A stretch of DNA of 64,000 bases. Source: Octopus sinensis (taxonomy: Eukaryota). The notes beneath the pieces were generated by a model. It ran no database searches, was not told where the DNA came from, and saw only the letters and a program-made list of their open reading frames with translations. The translations under genes were made by a program, and so were the position numbers. The stretch is from positions 47,864,001 through 47,928,000 of the forward strand of contig NC_043005.1 of assembly GCF_006345805.1 (NCBI RefSeq), in the 5' to 3' direction. This document shows, piece by piece, positions 48,882-61,500 of the stretch (its first letter is position 1; each line of letters begins with the position of its first letter).

Positions 48882-48928
48882 CATGGCTGATGAAGAGCTA
48901 GCTAGCTTGAAACTAGGCCAGTCCCATG
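48882..48928 (+). ncRNA. Canonical type I hammerhead ribozyme with GUC cleavage site, in a ~120-bp TA-flanked cassette (about 48862-48980)
   Basis: CAUGG-CUGAUGA-A-GAGCU agcu AGCUU-GAAAC-U aggcc A-GU-C-CCAUG. Helix I 5 bp, helix II 5 bp, helix III 3 bp; predicted cut after 48923. Confidence 0.85.
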
Positions 48929-49130
48929 ATCCTGTTACTTGATGGCGGTTAGTAGGGGTTCACTCCCCCTGCTAGTAATATATTGTATATAAAGGATGCA
49001 GAACTTTGCATCGAAAACCAGTTAGTGGAGAATCTGCCTGGGGTTAAACTAGAAGTAACATTCAGCTGCCACTTTGATTTGGCAACCTGCTCTACTATAT
49101 ATGTATATATATGTATGTATATATATGTAT

Positions 49131-49171
<41 letters not shown>

Positions 49172-52100
49172 TATATATACTGTTCTGGCAGTTAAGGATT
49201 TTGTATAGAGTGGTTTTCTAGTTATTCTTTACATTTCTCAGTTTTCTTGTGTCCAATGTAATGAACATAACATCTACATACCTGGTATATATAGTATTTT
49301 TATGAATCAGCAGTGAAAGTACATGGCCTAGTGGTTAGAGTATTCAGCCTACAACTGTAAGATCATGAGTTTGATTCCCAGCCATGCATTGTGTCCTTGA
49401 ACAAGACTCTTTATTTCATGCTAATCCAGTCCTTTCAGCAGGCAAATATGAATAGTACCTGTATTTCAAAGGGTTGGCTTTGTCACATTCTGTGTCACAA
49501 TGAATCTCCTTGAGAACTAGGTTTATCTGTGGAGTTCTCAGCCACTTGCAAGTTAATTCAATGAGCAGTCTGTTCCATTCATCATATTAAATGGAACCCT
49601 TGTCATTGTAACCAACAAACTGCCAGTAGTATGTATCAGTACCATTTTGGTTCCCATTGTGTCAGAGTAAATGCTGTCGAAATAGACCTTAAGAGAGAAT
49701 CCATGTCTACTACAATCTTTTGCTAAATAATTTTCCTTGTGTACAATGAAAGGTTACTTTGGTTGTACAATAAACCAATAATTTCTTCAATATATTAGCC
49801 AATGTAATGGGTGGTTTTATTCTTGGGCATATTTTTATCTAATATTGGATGAAATTCACATTCTTTCTTCTAATGGAAGATTTATAAACAATCTTCTTTA
49901 CATCAAAGGTGTTACTGTTCTCTTTTTTGTTAGGTTTTTCTAAGATCTTCAAGAAGCCTTCAGATCAACATAAGCTATATCTCTCTGGCACATATTATTT
50001 GATAGTGTTATGCAACTGTTTAGTGATCTTGTTTGTTGGTGCATTTATTTGAGAAATTAAAGGAGATGGGGGTCTGTTTTGTTTGTGTATTTTTACTGTT
50101 GCATGTATATAAGAAGTTTAACTTTGATGCAGGAGAAAATAAGGGCATTTACCATCATAATTAGTTTGTTCAGTGTAACTTGTGGCACTGTCTTTCATCT
50201 ATTACTTGTTTCCATCATCAGACTGTGGCCATGCTGGAGTACCACCTTGAAGAATTTTTAGTTGAATGAATCAACCCCAGTACATTTTTTTACAGCCTGA
50301 TACATATTCTATTGATCTCTTTTGCCAAACTGCTAAATCATGGGGACATAAACATGTAGGCATCAATTTTCAAGTGGTGATGGTGTTGGTAGTGGTGGTG
50401 ATGCCAAAAAAAGTCACACAACACATGCACATGTATACAACAGGATCCTTCAGTTTCTGTCTACCAAATCCATTCACAAGGAATTGGTTGGTCTGTGGCT
50501 ATAGTGGAAGTACATGGCTTAGGGGTCAGGGTGCTGGACTCATGATTGTAAAATTGTGGTTTTGATGGCCAAACCAGGTGACATATTGTATTCTTAAGCA
50601 ATACAGTTCATTCCACATTGCCCCAGTTCACTCAGCTAGCAAAAATGAGCAATCTTGCGATGGACTACCATCTCATTCAGGTGGTGAATTTATACACCAT
50701 GAAACCAAGAAACTGGCCCTTATGAGTCAGTATGACTTGAGAAGGTAACTTTACTTTAAATAGTGGAAGACACTTGTCCAAGGTGTATTGTAATTGTCTT
50801 TTGATTCCACATACCACTTGGTCACAACTGTCGAGTGTTGTTTTCGCATACATTGCTCATAGCTTTGTAAACACTATGTATAACATGCATGCAATTCTTG
50901 AAGACGCTGGTCTTCCTTCCTTCCTCTTTGCACCAACAGGTTGATGAATGACCATTGTTAGCTATCTTGGCAAGCGCTATGTGCTTGTTATGGAATTTTC
51001 ATGGGAGAAACGAAGTAGGTGGTTTCCTGTTGACTTCTTAACAGGATTTTTTTTACAAGATGTTATCTTATCAACAAGATTCACACAAGATCACCTCATC
51101 TGCCTCAACACTGAGAATGCAAAAAGTTAGAAACTGGTAATGCCATGCATTTTGCCCAAAGTACTTATGCAATTGCACAATCCATCACCCAGACCTGCCA
51201 CTTTATTTTACTGGCTTTCCAAAAGTCAAAGGCAAAGTTCACTTCAGAAAGATTTAAATTAAAATGTAGCGAACCAGAAAGAAGTATCTTAAGATCTTTT
51301 GTACAGCACTCTAATGTTCTGGAGAATCTGTTGCCCCCTATAGTAATTTACTGTTCAGTTTTTATCATATTGGGCTTGTATTTGCTTACATTGTTTTATA
51401 TTTACGTATGGGTGGTTGTATGGATGGATGTATGAATGGATTGATGGATGAATGGATGAATTAATGGATGGATAGATGGAGGGAACAAAGGAGGAAGGAA
51501 GAAATGTTTGCTTACATATATTTATGTATAAATACATATTGCTTTGTCTTATATGTTATGTATTGGTTGCGTATCTACTACATATGCTGACTCTGTACAT
51601 AATGAGAAATTCCAACCACATTTCATGGTTTGCTACCTCAACAGCTGTTTTATAGGATCCAGTGGCTAAGGACATCATCAAGCGGAACCACGTCCAGTTT
51701 CAGTCCCTACTCCTCTACCATTTTCAAAGTGGCAGGGCCTCCACTTTTGGGGGTGTCTTCAGCTCTGGTGTTGAATGTTGTTTTCTTTTTTCTTTGGCCT
51801 TTTGGGTTTTTGGTTTCTTTGATACAGCATCAACAAATGCTAGTGAGTGAATGACCACTCTGGAAAATTTCCCTTGAAATACTCACTGGTAGGCTCCAGC
51901 AACCAGCACCAGTTAACTGTCATGTGACTCAATCTAGGCTTCAACTGATCAATGGAGGGTCAGAGCATGTGGTTTTGGCCTGTGCCCTCTCTAAACCTGC
52001 CTGTGCATAATGTATATACTCTGCCACTTGTAATGTAATTCTAGCAGTTATTGTACTTGCTAATTCTTGCATTTTTATATTTTTCCATTCTCTTCTCTCT

Positions 52101-53330
52101 CCCAACATCATATCACTTGTCTCTGTTCTTTTTTTTATATTTTTTCTTTAGAGTTTTACCATTCCTCAAAATTCATTACTTCCCTCACAATCTCTTTCCA
52201 TCTCTCCATCAACTTTGTTTTTGCTTATGTCTGCTTTATTTTATGAATATCTCTTTGACTATTGGGCCTTCATCCTGCCTTCTAACTTCTCTCTTAATTC
52301 ACTTGACCTTACTCTCACCACCTCCCTTCAAATTTCAACTGACCCAGCTCTTGTTATAAACTTTTAGTACTTCTTCCCTTCACATTACTTCCTCTCACTT
52401 TGTTCATCTCCCTCACTATTTACACCACCTATCACACTACTCACATCACTACTCGCTTCAAATCCCACACTACTCACCCTTTCCATTTCCCCTTCTTTCT
52501 ATCCCTACACCTAGCACTCCTTATTGCTCTTTCACCTCTTCGTTTCTCATTCACCTTTCTCAAAATATGAGATCTGCCTCCATCTTTATTTTTTCTTTGA
52601 AAAATGTTCAAATATTGGAAACGTTTGTTTTACCTTCCTAATGACAAATCTATTAAATGTAATTAATTCTGTTCTATGGACTTTTGAGGATCAATTTTCA
52701 TTGACACAAAGCATCACCAGTTCCCTCAAATTGTGGAATTTATCTTTGTGAATTGTAATCCAGAGTTTATCAAACAAATAACAGAGAACATTTACACTCC
52801 ACTCCTGTAATGAGTGGAGTGTAATTTTACTCCTTGTAAACTTAGATGCATAAACACACCACACACATATACTTGCATCTATGCACACACACATGCATGC
52901 ACACATGCACACACACATACACATACACACATGCATATTTATACATAAATGGTGGCATCAACTTGTTATCAAGTATAACACTTTTTGTGCTAACATTGCA
53001 GATGTAGTGCCTCCCCATTGTGGACTCCTGGGATACTGAAGGGTTACCACAGTATGGTAAGACACCAACAACACTTCAAAGAGGAAGTATAGTCAGGAGG
53101 TTGATCAGAAGGAGCATCACAACTGCTGCCATCTTTACTACACCTTTTATGCCCCTGTGAACAAGGAAACTTCATGAGTAGTGGCCTTTTGTTGTCATAA
53201 AGGTGTGCGTTAACTTCAGCTACCACAATAAAAGGTCTGCCACCTATTTGTGGTTATAAAAAGCCCTAGTCTTGACTTTAACTTGGCGGGATGGAGGGCA
53301 GAAAGAGCACATAAAGAACACTATAATAAC

Positions 53331-53730
53331 TACACATACTATATATACTACACATACTATGTATACTACACATACTATGTATACTACACATACTATATAT
53401 ACTACGCATACTATATATAATACACATGCTATATATACAACGCATACTATATATAATACACATACTATATATACTACACATACTATATATACTATACATA
53501 CTATATCTACTACACATACTATATATACTACACATACTATATATACTACACATACTATATATACTACACATACTATATATAATACACATACTATATATAC
53601 TACGCATACTATATATAATACACCTACTATATATACTACACATACTATATATACTACACATACTATATATACTATACATACTATATATACTACACATACT
53701 ATATATACTATACATACTACATATACTATA
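53331..53730. repeat. 18-bp minisatellite (TACACATACTATATATAC), about 22 copies
   Basis: Produces the THTIYT and CVVYIV hexapeptide ORFs. Confidence 0.95.
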
Positions 53731-53761
53731 GTAAATGCCACTCACTAAACTTTGGAAACGT

Positions 53762-53989
53762 TTAACCCTTTAGCATTCAGATTACTCTGTCAAATGTAAC
53801 GCTTAGTCATTTACACTGTTTTGAATCCATTAAGCATTTTCTCACAGCTTTGAGATTTCAGGGATATGATAATAGGTTTTTAGAATGACGTCATAAGATA
53901 GGTGTAAGAGGCTGGATCTAGTTGGTTTGAACATGAAATTAGTAGAATATTTGGGTCGGATATAGCTAGTTTAAATGCTAATGGGGTAA
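53762..53989. mobile_element. TTAA MITE (opposite orientation to 10387)
   Basis: TTAACCCTTTAGCATTCAGATTACTCTG...AAATGCTAATGGGGTAA. Confidence 0.8.
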
Positions 53990-54070
53990 ACTGGCAACAA
54001 AAAGACAGAGAAAAAATAAACAAAGACTACAAAAACAATGTCTTTGTTTTCAAGTGAGTTTCCTTTCATG

Positions 54071-54630
54071 TATTGGGTTGTCCGGAAAGTTTGTGCCGAT
54101 TTATAGTAGCTTACCTTTTGACTTATTTTAGAACATGGTTGAGTCCATAAAATAGGATTTGACCACACCTCCATTTAGAGCACAGTTTAAGCTATCTTTT
54201 CGTGGAAGAAGGTTTATGTTCCTATAACCTGTGTTAATTCTGTAACCCTTTAAAATGGAAGATAAGAAAGTTTATTTCTGGCACTTGATGTTTGGGAACC
54301 AGACAAAAATTGCTGCAGCTTGGCTGGGGTGTGTTACCCCCACCCTCCATATTCATCAGATATTGCTCCTTTGGATTTCCACTTATTCAGGTCTCTGCAG
54401 AATAGTCTTAATGGTTAAAATTTCAGTACCTTGGATGACATAAAATGATACCTTGCTGAATTCTTTGACATGAAACCACCTCAGTTCTGAGAAGAGGGTA
54501 TTTTCAAGTTAAAGGAAAAATGTGCAACAAAATGGTTCATATTTGGTTGATTGAAAATTGTATTGGCAAGTATTTATTGACCATTTTCTTTCCTTTAAAC
54601 ATTGGCATGAACTTTCTGGACAACCCAATA
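54071..54630 (+). mobile_element. Mariner-derived MITE with TA TSD
   Basis: TA-TTGGGTTGTCCGGAAAGTTTGTGCC ... GGCATGAACTTTCTGGACAACCCAA-TA; MEDKKVYFWHLM start remnant. Confidence 0.9.
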
Positions 54631-54945
54631 GATTTATATATAGATTTAAATGCATATGCACATGTACACAGCATCTGATAGCTGTTGATTCTCTTGTGCT
54701 TGTATACCCTTTGACAGGCTTTCTTTTCATGTCATAGGTACAACAGATATCACTCTCTCCACTCCAAACAAGCTCAGTGTGGTTGCAGTTTAGTCAGCAA
54801 TGATCTGATCATTTGCAAGTTATACATGGATGCATTATTTCAGTTGAAGGTCTCTGGTTATCAGGTAGATGGCTTCACATACCTACATACAAACATACAA
54901 ACCTCTCACATTTATATACATACAAACCTCTCACATGTATATACA

Positions 54946-54978
<33 letters not shown>

Positions 54979-55061
54979 TCACACAGACATGTGCACATAT
55001 ATCAACTCTGTTTGTATGTGTGTGTGTTTCTTTTTATACTTGTTTGACTTGTTCCTTCAAG

Positions 55062-55190
55062 GCTGGAGTTTTCTGCTGATAATGAAAAAAATCTCCTTCA
55101 TAGAAATTTTGATCACATTGATGATAAATATTACATGCCATATTTGAAAAAAAACATCTCTTTTTACAGTCGTGCTTGCATATTGTATTT
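55062..55190 (+). CDS. Candidate 129-nt exon (LEFSADNEKNLLHRNFDHIDDKYYMPYLKKNISFYSRACILY)
   Basis: Pyrimidine-rich acceptor ...ttgttccttcaag|, donor |gtaaag; symmetric phase 2, protein-like composition. Confidence 0.45.
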
Positions 55191-55470
55191 GTAAAGTGCA
55201 TGTTACCTGGTCATTTTCTTTGCCTACATTTGCTAGTTTTCCCAGATTATCATTTAAACATTTTCTAACATAACTAAATGCACTAATAATTCTTCATATT
55301 ATTGTGAGTTCATAATCAAGATTAGAGAAACTGCAGGTTTCAAAGCAGTTTTCCATAGATATTTTTCTCATTGATTTTGGAATAAATTCTTACACCTGTA
55401 GTGCAGCTGACCTCTGTGACTGTACATGATTTTTCTTGCCTGTTTGCAACGATGATGCCAAACTTGCTAT

Positions 55471-55708
55471 GTTTCTTATTTCTTTACTGCCCACAAGGGG
55501 ATACACACAGAGGGGACAAACAAGGACAGATAAACGGATTAAGTCGATTATATCGACCCCAGTGCATAACTGGTACTTATTTAATAGACCTCGAAAGGAT
55601 GAACGGCAAAGTCGATCTCGGCGGAATTTGAACTTGGAATGTAGTGGCAGATGAAATACCGCTAAACATTTCGCCCGGTATGCTAACAATTCCGCCAGCT
55701 TGCTGCCA
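55471..55708 (-). mobile_element. SINE family B, near full length
   Basis: Minus strand GGCAGCAAGCTGGCGGAATTGTTAGC...GTTCAAATTCCGCCGAGATCGACTTTGCC..., tail AAAGAAATAAGAAA. Confidence 0.85.
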
Positions 55709-56574
55709 AGCTTGTTATGTTGGCATTTTGCAGAGGTTTTGAAGGAAATGTTCTACCAATATTCACTGTGCCAATATGTATGTATTCATGAACAGGAGCC
55801 TTGTTTATATATACCCAAGGGTAATTTTTCGAATGGAAGGCATTGTATATTGTTCTTGAAATGACATGGCACAAAGAGCACTAGTACCTTGAGGGCATGC
55901 TTTGATAGCAGTAGATCACATGTGTATAATGTCTTCCTCAGAAGAGTGACTTAATAGTTTTGGTTGTATTTTTGGAATTTAAAGGTTTCATTATCCCTTT
56001 TGTTCATTAGATATTTTGTACTTATCTTCTATTTTTGGATTACAAAAGCATTACCTTCAAAATGTACCATGGTGTTCTGGTCAACATTCCAAGAGAAATT
56101 GCACTTCATGTTAATATTTTCAAAATTTTCAAGTTTACAAGAAATATTTCTGTACACATTTTTTTTTTTATAGTGTCCAGAATTTTTCTCTTATAAATCA
56201 TCACTGAGGTATATTAGTCTTGTAATTCTGAGTTGGCATGGAAGGTCATCACAAAGTGGAAATTACCCCAGGATTTCACGACCCACAGAATGCTGTCTTT
56301 TTCCCTTTTAAGCACTTGGTCGATGTATTTATTTTTGCTTTAATTGTTTAGCAGATGCTATCTAAATAACACCATATGACACTCAAAACCAGTCTGCATT
56401 GATTTTAAGATGCGCCTGCTCACTTTTTCTGTGATTGAGCCAGTTAATACCACTGGGTCTGTGGGAGAGTGCAGTTGATGTTAGGATCTCATGGGTTTTA
56501 ATGTCAGTGGATAAGATTTCTGTTATAGACTATTTATGTATCTCAAATGTTAGCACCAGCACTGGTACATGTAT

Positions 56575-56810
56575 TATTGTGTGAGAGAGCAACACATGCC
56601 ATTAAAGTGACATTGGGGTACAAATATATAAAGTTTAATACACCATTCACGACTACCCATCTAATAAGGGTGCATCAGGCATAAGCATCACAATCATATG
56701 TGCATGACATGGTGACCTCAAATCAAGATAAACAGTGTATACAGTTGGGGGTCCAGTCAGAATTTTCTTCAGGTCAAGTAGACCATCCTGCCCAAAAGCT
56801 TTCTGAATAA
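56575..56810. mobile_element. Partial copy of the (ATT)n-associated repeat at 7899-8456
   Basis: Homology across about 230 bp. Confidence 0.7.
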
Positions 56811-56934
56811 GTGTCGTTTATGTATATATATGAGTGTATATATATATATATATATAATGATATATATATATGCATACATACACACGAATATGTACATATC
56901 TACACATATATGTATACATACATGCATATATATG

Positions 56935-57700
56935 GTTACAGAACATCAAAAAACGAAGAAACAATGAGAAACGAAAGCATAAAAACAAAGACAGAAAACG
57001 AACTTTTTTTCAGACTATGAAAAACACAAACAGAGAAACAAGACATGCAACATAAAGAACATTCCCTTCGTCAGTTGTCCCCTGTTTCGTCTACTCTATG
57101 TTTCGAAGGTAAGGACAATATGCGACTTTGTTGAAACAGTCCTTCCCACAAAGCAAATTAAATAAAATTTGGGATTTTTTGCGGAGGGTGAAAGTGGTAA
57201 CAAAACAGGGCTGTGAGAATGAGTTACTAGTGTATGTGTATTAAGTATATGTATTCATAAAAGTACTATGAATACATATTATTCATACTATCTCAAAGAA
57301 ATAAAGAACTGAGTATGTTTGCAGAACAAAGTTTAATTGTAGAGATTACATTGTTTGAGGTCTAGCAGTGACTAGATCTAAGAAATATCAACGTTGTATT
57401 CAAGGGTAGTGGTTTTGACTTGGAAAGCACTACATCTGTTGGAGAAGGTTGCTTTGATTTTTTAGTGTTTATATTTTTTTTATGTTATTGCAGGCATGTT
57501 TGTGTATTTGGGTGTAGAAGTGTACAGAGAGTGTTTGTCATTTAGGACAACTGATATTTTTGGGTAAAGAAGAAAATTTCTTGGTGAATTTCCCTTTTGT
57601 GCTTTTGTATTGCTTTAACAGGTATTTTGTAGCAGGTATCTAAGAATCATGACTTTTTTATTTAAAGAAATGAGAAAATAAAATGAAAACAAGTGAAAGC
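56935..57700 (-). mobile_element. Probable Penelope-like 3' tail abutting (TA)n
   Basis: Strand-skewed composition ending at (TA)n. Contains CUGACGA and GAAAC words but no foldable HHR. Confidence 0.35.
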
Positions 57701-58418
57701 CTAGAGTTTCAGGAATGACTGATTGGAAAATTTATTTGGCTTAAATTTTTTGCTCGAATGTCATTTAGGGTCACTTAGTGTTGTATGTTGTTTAGTGAAT
57801 TAGAATTTAGAATGAGACAAGAAGTATAATGTGTATGGGAACGAGAGGAGAGAAGTGTGTAGAAGTGGAAGAGGTTTCATACGAATTAATTTTAAGAATA
57901 CACTCCCATACACTCTTGCATATGGATAAACACAAACACAATACACTGTATATTTACATCCATGCTGGCCCACAAATATATTGTGCACCTGCATATATAT
58001 GTGTGCGTGTGTGGATGTAAATATACACTGCTGTGTACATACAAATATACACGCACCAATATATTATGTATGCATTATGCAAGGACATGCACACAATCAG
58101 CATATATGTGGACATTTTGTATATGTGGATGTGCCTGTAAATATATATACATATGTGTGTTTCTATACGCGTGTGTATATGTGTGTGTGTGTGTTTGTGT
58201 GTAATTTTATTATATACGTTGATTGCTAGAAGCATGCATGAATGCAGATACATACATAGAACATGCATTAACATATCCAGTGAGGGAGCACAGATAAAGG
58301 GAGTATGCATATACATACATATACACATAGATATTGCAAGCATGTTTATATATGTGTATGTATGTATGCCTGCATGCATGTATGCATGTATGTATGTATG
58401 GATATATGTATGTGTATA

Positions 58419-58481
<63 letters not shown>

Positions 58482-58512
58482 TACACACACACAAACATAC
58501 ATACATGTATGT

Positions 58513-58551
<39 letters not shown>

Positions 58552-59049
58552 TAGATAGATAGATAGATAGAGATGTATGCATGTTTATACACACACACAC
58601 ATACATACATACCAACAGAATATTCTCATATATACACAGTATTTGTGTACGTGCGCATACAGGTGTTCATGAACCCTGAATGCATGGATGGGCATGCATA
58701 CACTATACATAATATACACCAGTTGCAAATTCATCCATGCATGGTATGCAAGTATTTACGCACACAATACTTATATGCAACTGTATACGTGCAACTTGAT
58801 ATGCATAGATGTTTTCATATCAAGATATAAAGATAAGAAATGGGTATACTGACAAAGTTTCCGACTAATCTACAGATACAGAAGGATGGAGATACAGATG
58901 AATAGGCACAGCTTAACACATATGTACGTATGGGAATGCATCTATGGCCAACTTTTGTGTTAACTGTGGAGGTGTGTCTGTTTTTCAAAGAGAGAATTGT
59001 TTTGTTTTTTCATACAATAGGAAATTAGTTCTCATTATCTTTATCATTT

Positions 59050-59530
59050 AATAACTGTTTTTCATGCTGGCATAGGTTGGATGGTTTGACTTGTGCTTGT
59101 AAGCTGGAGAGCTGCACCAGGTTTCCAGTTGTCTGTTTTGGCATGGTTTCTATGACTGGATGCCCTTCCTAATGCCAACCACTTTACAGATTGTACTGGA
59201 TGTTTTTATATGGCTCAAAAGCTTTTTTACAAGGTACCAGCATCGTTGCTTTTTACATGGTACCAGCACAGGTGTTGTTTACTTGGTATGAGCATGGATA
59301 CTTTTTACATGGCCCCAGCACAAGCACTCTATATATGGTGCCAGTACAGATGTTCTGTACTTGGTGCCAGCATGGATTCTTTTTACATGAAACCAGTATA
59401 GGTGCATTTTATGTGGCACCAGCACAGATCCTTTCTTTATTGTACCAACACAGGTGCTTTCTACATGACACCAGCATGGGTGCTTTTTATGTGGTACCAG
59501 CACCAGTGGGGTCACCAAGTAGCTAGCAAG
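59050..59530 (-). mobile_element. Family E non-autonomous element
   Basis: CATGCTGGCATAGGTTGGATGG...GGATGCCCTTCCTAATGCCAACC plus minisatellite. Confidence 0.75.
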
Positions 59531-59769
59531 ACAAAGACCTCTCAGCTGAGAGAGGGAGTAGAACTGAGAGGAATAGCTAAACTGTTTTCAAGTTAAAGGT
59601 GTCATCAGTGCCATACAATTTTGTTCTTTTTGGGGAGAGTATTTCAAATCTGAGCTGTATTACTTTCTTCTCAAATATATCGAGTGATGTCCAGTATTTT
59701 AAATCCAGGTTTGTCTCTGTTAATGAGGGTGGCCGGATCTACCTCACTCTACCTCTGGATCCATCTTAC

Positions 59770-60100
59770 ATCCTCACAGCATCTCACTATCTCATCCGAT
59801 TTTGGGCATGCTCCCTCCTGAAGCCAACCCTCCTAATCTCCTCCTCCACCTGTCCCCTCCATGTTTTCATTGGTCGACCTATCTTTCATGGTTCATTCAC
59901 CTTAAACTCAAGCACTCTCTTCAGAGCATGATCCACATCCCTCCTCAACACATGTCCATACCACCGCACTCCATTTGCTCTTGCCAGCTGTTCCACCAAT
60001 TCTTCCAGCCCCGTTATCCCCATCAAGTCCTCAGCACTCCTTTTATCCAATAGTTTCACACTACACATTGTTCTCATCATTGCTCTCTCAACATACATAA
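59770..60100 (-). mobile_element. RTE LINE C-terminal fragment
   Basis: ERAMMRTMCSVKLLDK...RANGVRWYGHVLRR...KTWRGQVEE. Confidence 0.85.
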
Positions 60101-60854
60101 GTGATGAAATAAGATATTTGGGTATTTTAGGTCCAAAACAGGATACCTGGTTTAGCATTTGATTTTGGAGGAATTCCTAAATGTATGTAGGTGCTGCTCA
60201 ATGTAAAGTTTGAATTCCTTTGAGGTGACTCCTATGTAAGTGTCTGTCTAAAGGCTAAGTGGTAACTTTAGCAGAATAAACTGTACATATAACCATAAAT
60301 TAAGTGTCAATCGATGTGAATTTCAGCTGTTGCCAGATATAGTAATGGTTTGTGTGAAGTTTGTTCTCATTTTACCATTGTTGCTGGTGAGAATCAGCAT
60401 GAAGTTCAGAGTTGTAAAGTGAGAGTCTTTGAACAAGTTAATGTAGTATTTATGATTTTACATTAAGATAAAGAGTTTTCTAAGTTAAGAAAGTACTTGG
60501 TAGTAAGTTATTTGTTAAGATGCATGTTATTCTTTCCTTAAAATTGCTGCGCTGTAAGGCATTGTTGTAAATGGGAGCATTACTATGAAGCAAACTTTGT
60601 CACATAATAAATTCCAAAGTCTAAATTATTTACGTTCTTTTTTTTTTGATAGATAATGAAGTTAAAGTGACTGGTTATGTTTTGTTTATATTGGATGGCT
60701 AGAAAGCAAAAAGGAAAATGGTAGAATCCTCCTTTTAACCTGCAAGTAACCACACTTCTTTATGTGTTTTGTGTAAGGCATTGTAAAGATTCAAGGTGAC
60801 ATCTAAGAAGTCTAGTGTTAGTATGTTAATATTCATTCTGAATTTAAAGACACA

Positions 60855-61045
60855 AGCTGGCAGAAATGTTAGCACACCAGGCGAAATGCTTCGTGGTATT
60901 TTGTCTGTCTTTATGTTCTGAGTTCAAATTCCACCAAGATCGACTTTGCCTTTCATCCTTTCGGGGTTGATAAATTAAGTACCAGTTGCTTACTGGCGTC
61001 GATTTAATCAACTGGCCTCATCTTGCAAAATTTTGGGTCTTGTGC
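60855..61045 (+). mobile_element. SINE family B
   Basis: AGCTGGCAGAAATGTTAGC...GACTTTGCCTTTCATCCTTTCGGGGTTGATAAATTAAGTACCAG. Confidence 0.85.
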
Positions 61046-61123
61046 CTAGAATAGAAAAGAATATTCATTCTGAATTTTACAAGGAGGTTAAGCCTTTAAT
61101 TTTTTTTTCTTTTTTTGTTTTAG

Positions 61124-61145
61124 ATGCTATATACCTGATGAACAG
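61124..61145 (+). CDS. Candidate 22-nt microexon (CYIPDEQ in phase 2)
   Basis: Very strong acceptor ttttttttcttttttgttttag| and donor CAG|gtaact. Confidence 0.45.
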
Positions 61146-61189
61146 GTAACTGTCATTTCAGATGAGGAATCAACAATATCATTTAACCA

Positions 61190-61500
61190 TCTGTTTTCTA
61201 TGCTGCCATGTGTTGGATGGTTTGACAAAAGTTGCTATGGCTGGGGTCTGCACCGGTCTCTATCATCTGTTTTGGCATGGTTTCTACAGCTGGCTGCATT
61301 TCCTAATGCCGCTTTACAGAGTGTACTGGGTGTTTTTTATAAGACACAAGCACCAGTGATTTTTTACACAACACCAGCACCAATGCTTTTATATGGTACC
61401 AGCTCTAGTGCTTTTTATGTGGCACCAGCAACAGTATTTTGTATGTGGCACAATCACCAGTGCTTTTAACCATGGCACTAGTACCAGTGCCCTGTTGTTG
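61190..61500 (-). mobile_element. Family E non-autonomous element (old)
   Basis: Homologous to 59050-59530. Confidence 0.65.

Noticed and set aside
51680-51770. Minus-strand CUGAAGA...GAAAC
   Set aside because: Poor helix II and a GUG (non-cleavable) triplet.
55090-55150. LHRNFDHIDDKYYMPYL resembles the juxtamembrane motif of Na+/H+ exchangers (SLC9)
   Set aside because: The candidate upstream exons are not transmembrane-like. A single short motif is insufficient, so no gene name is assigned.
57040-57120. CUGACGA and GAAAC words on the minus strand
   Set aside because: Their order would need a type II fold, but helix I cannot be formed.
20021-58830. Numerous [16 protein letters not shown] ORFs
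   Set aside because: (TA)n, (CA)n and (GATA)n microsatellite artefacts.
61135-61160. CTGATGA-ACAG-gtaa-CTGT resembling an HHR core plus helix II
   Set aside because: No GAAA follows (CATTTC). It coincides with a splice-donor-like site.
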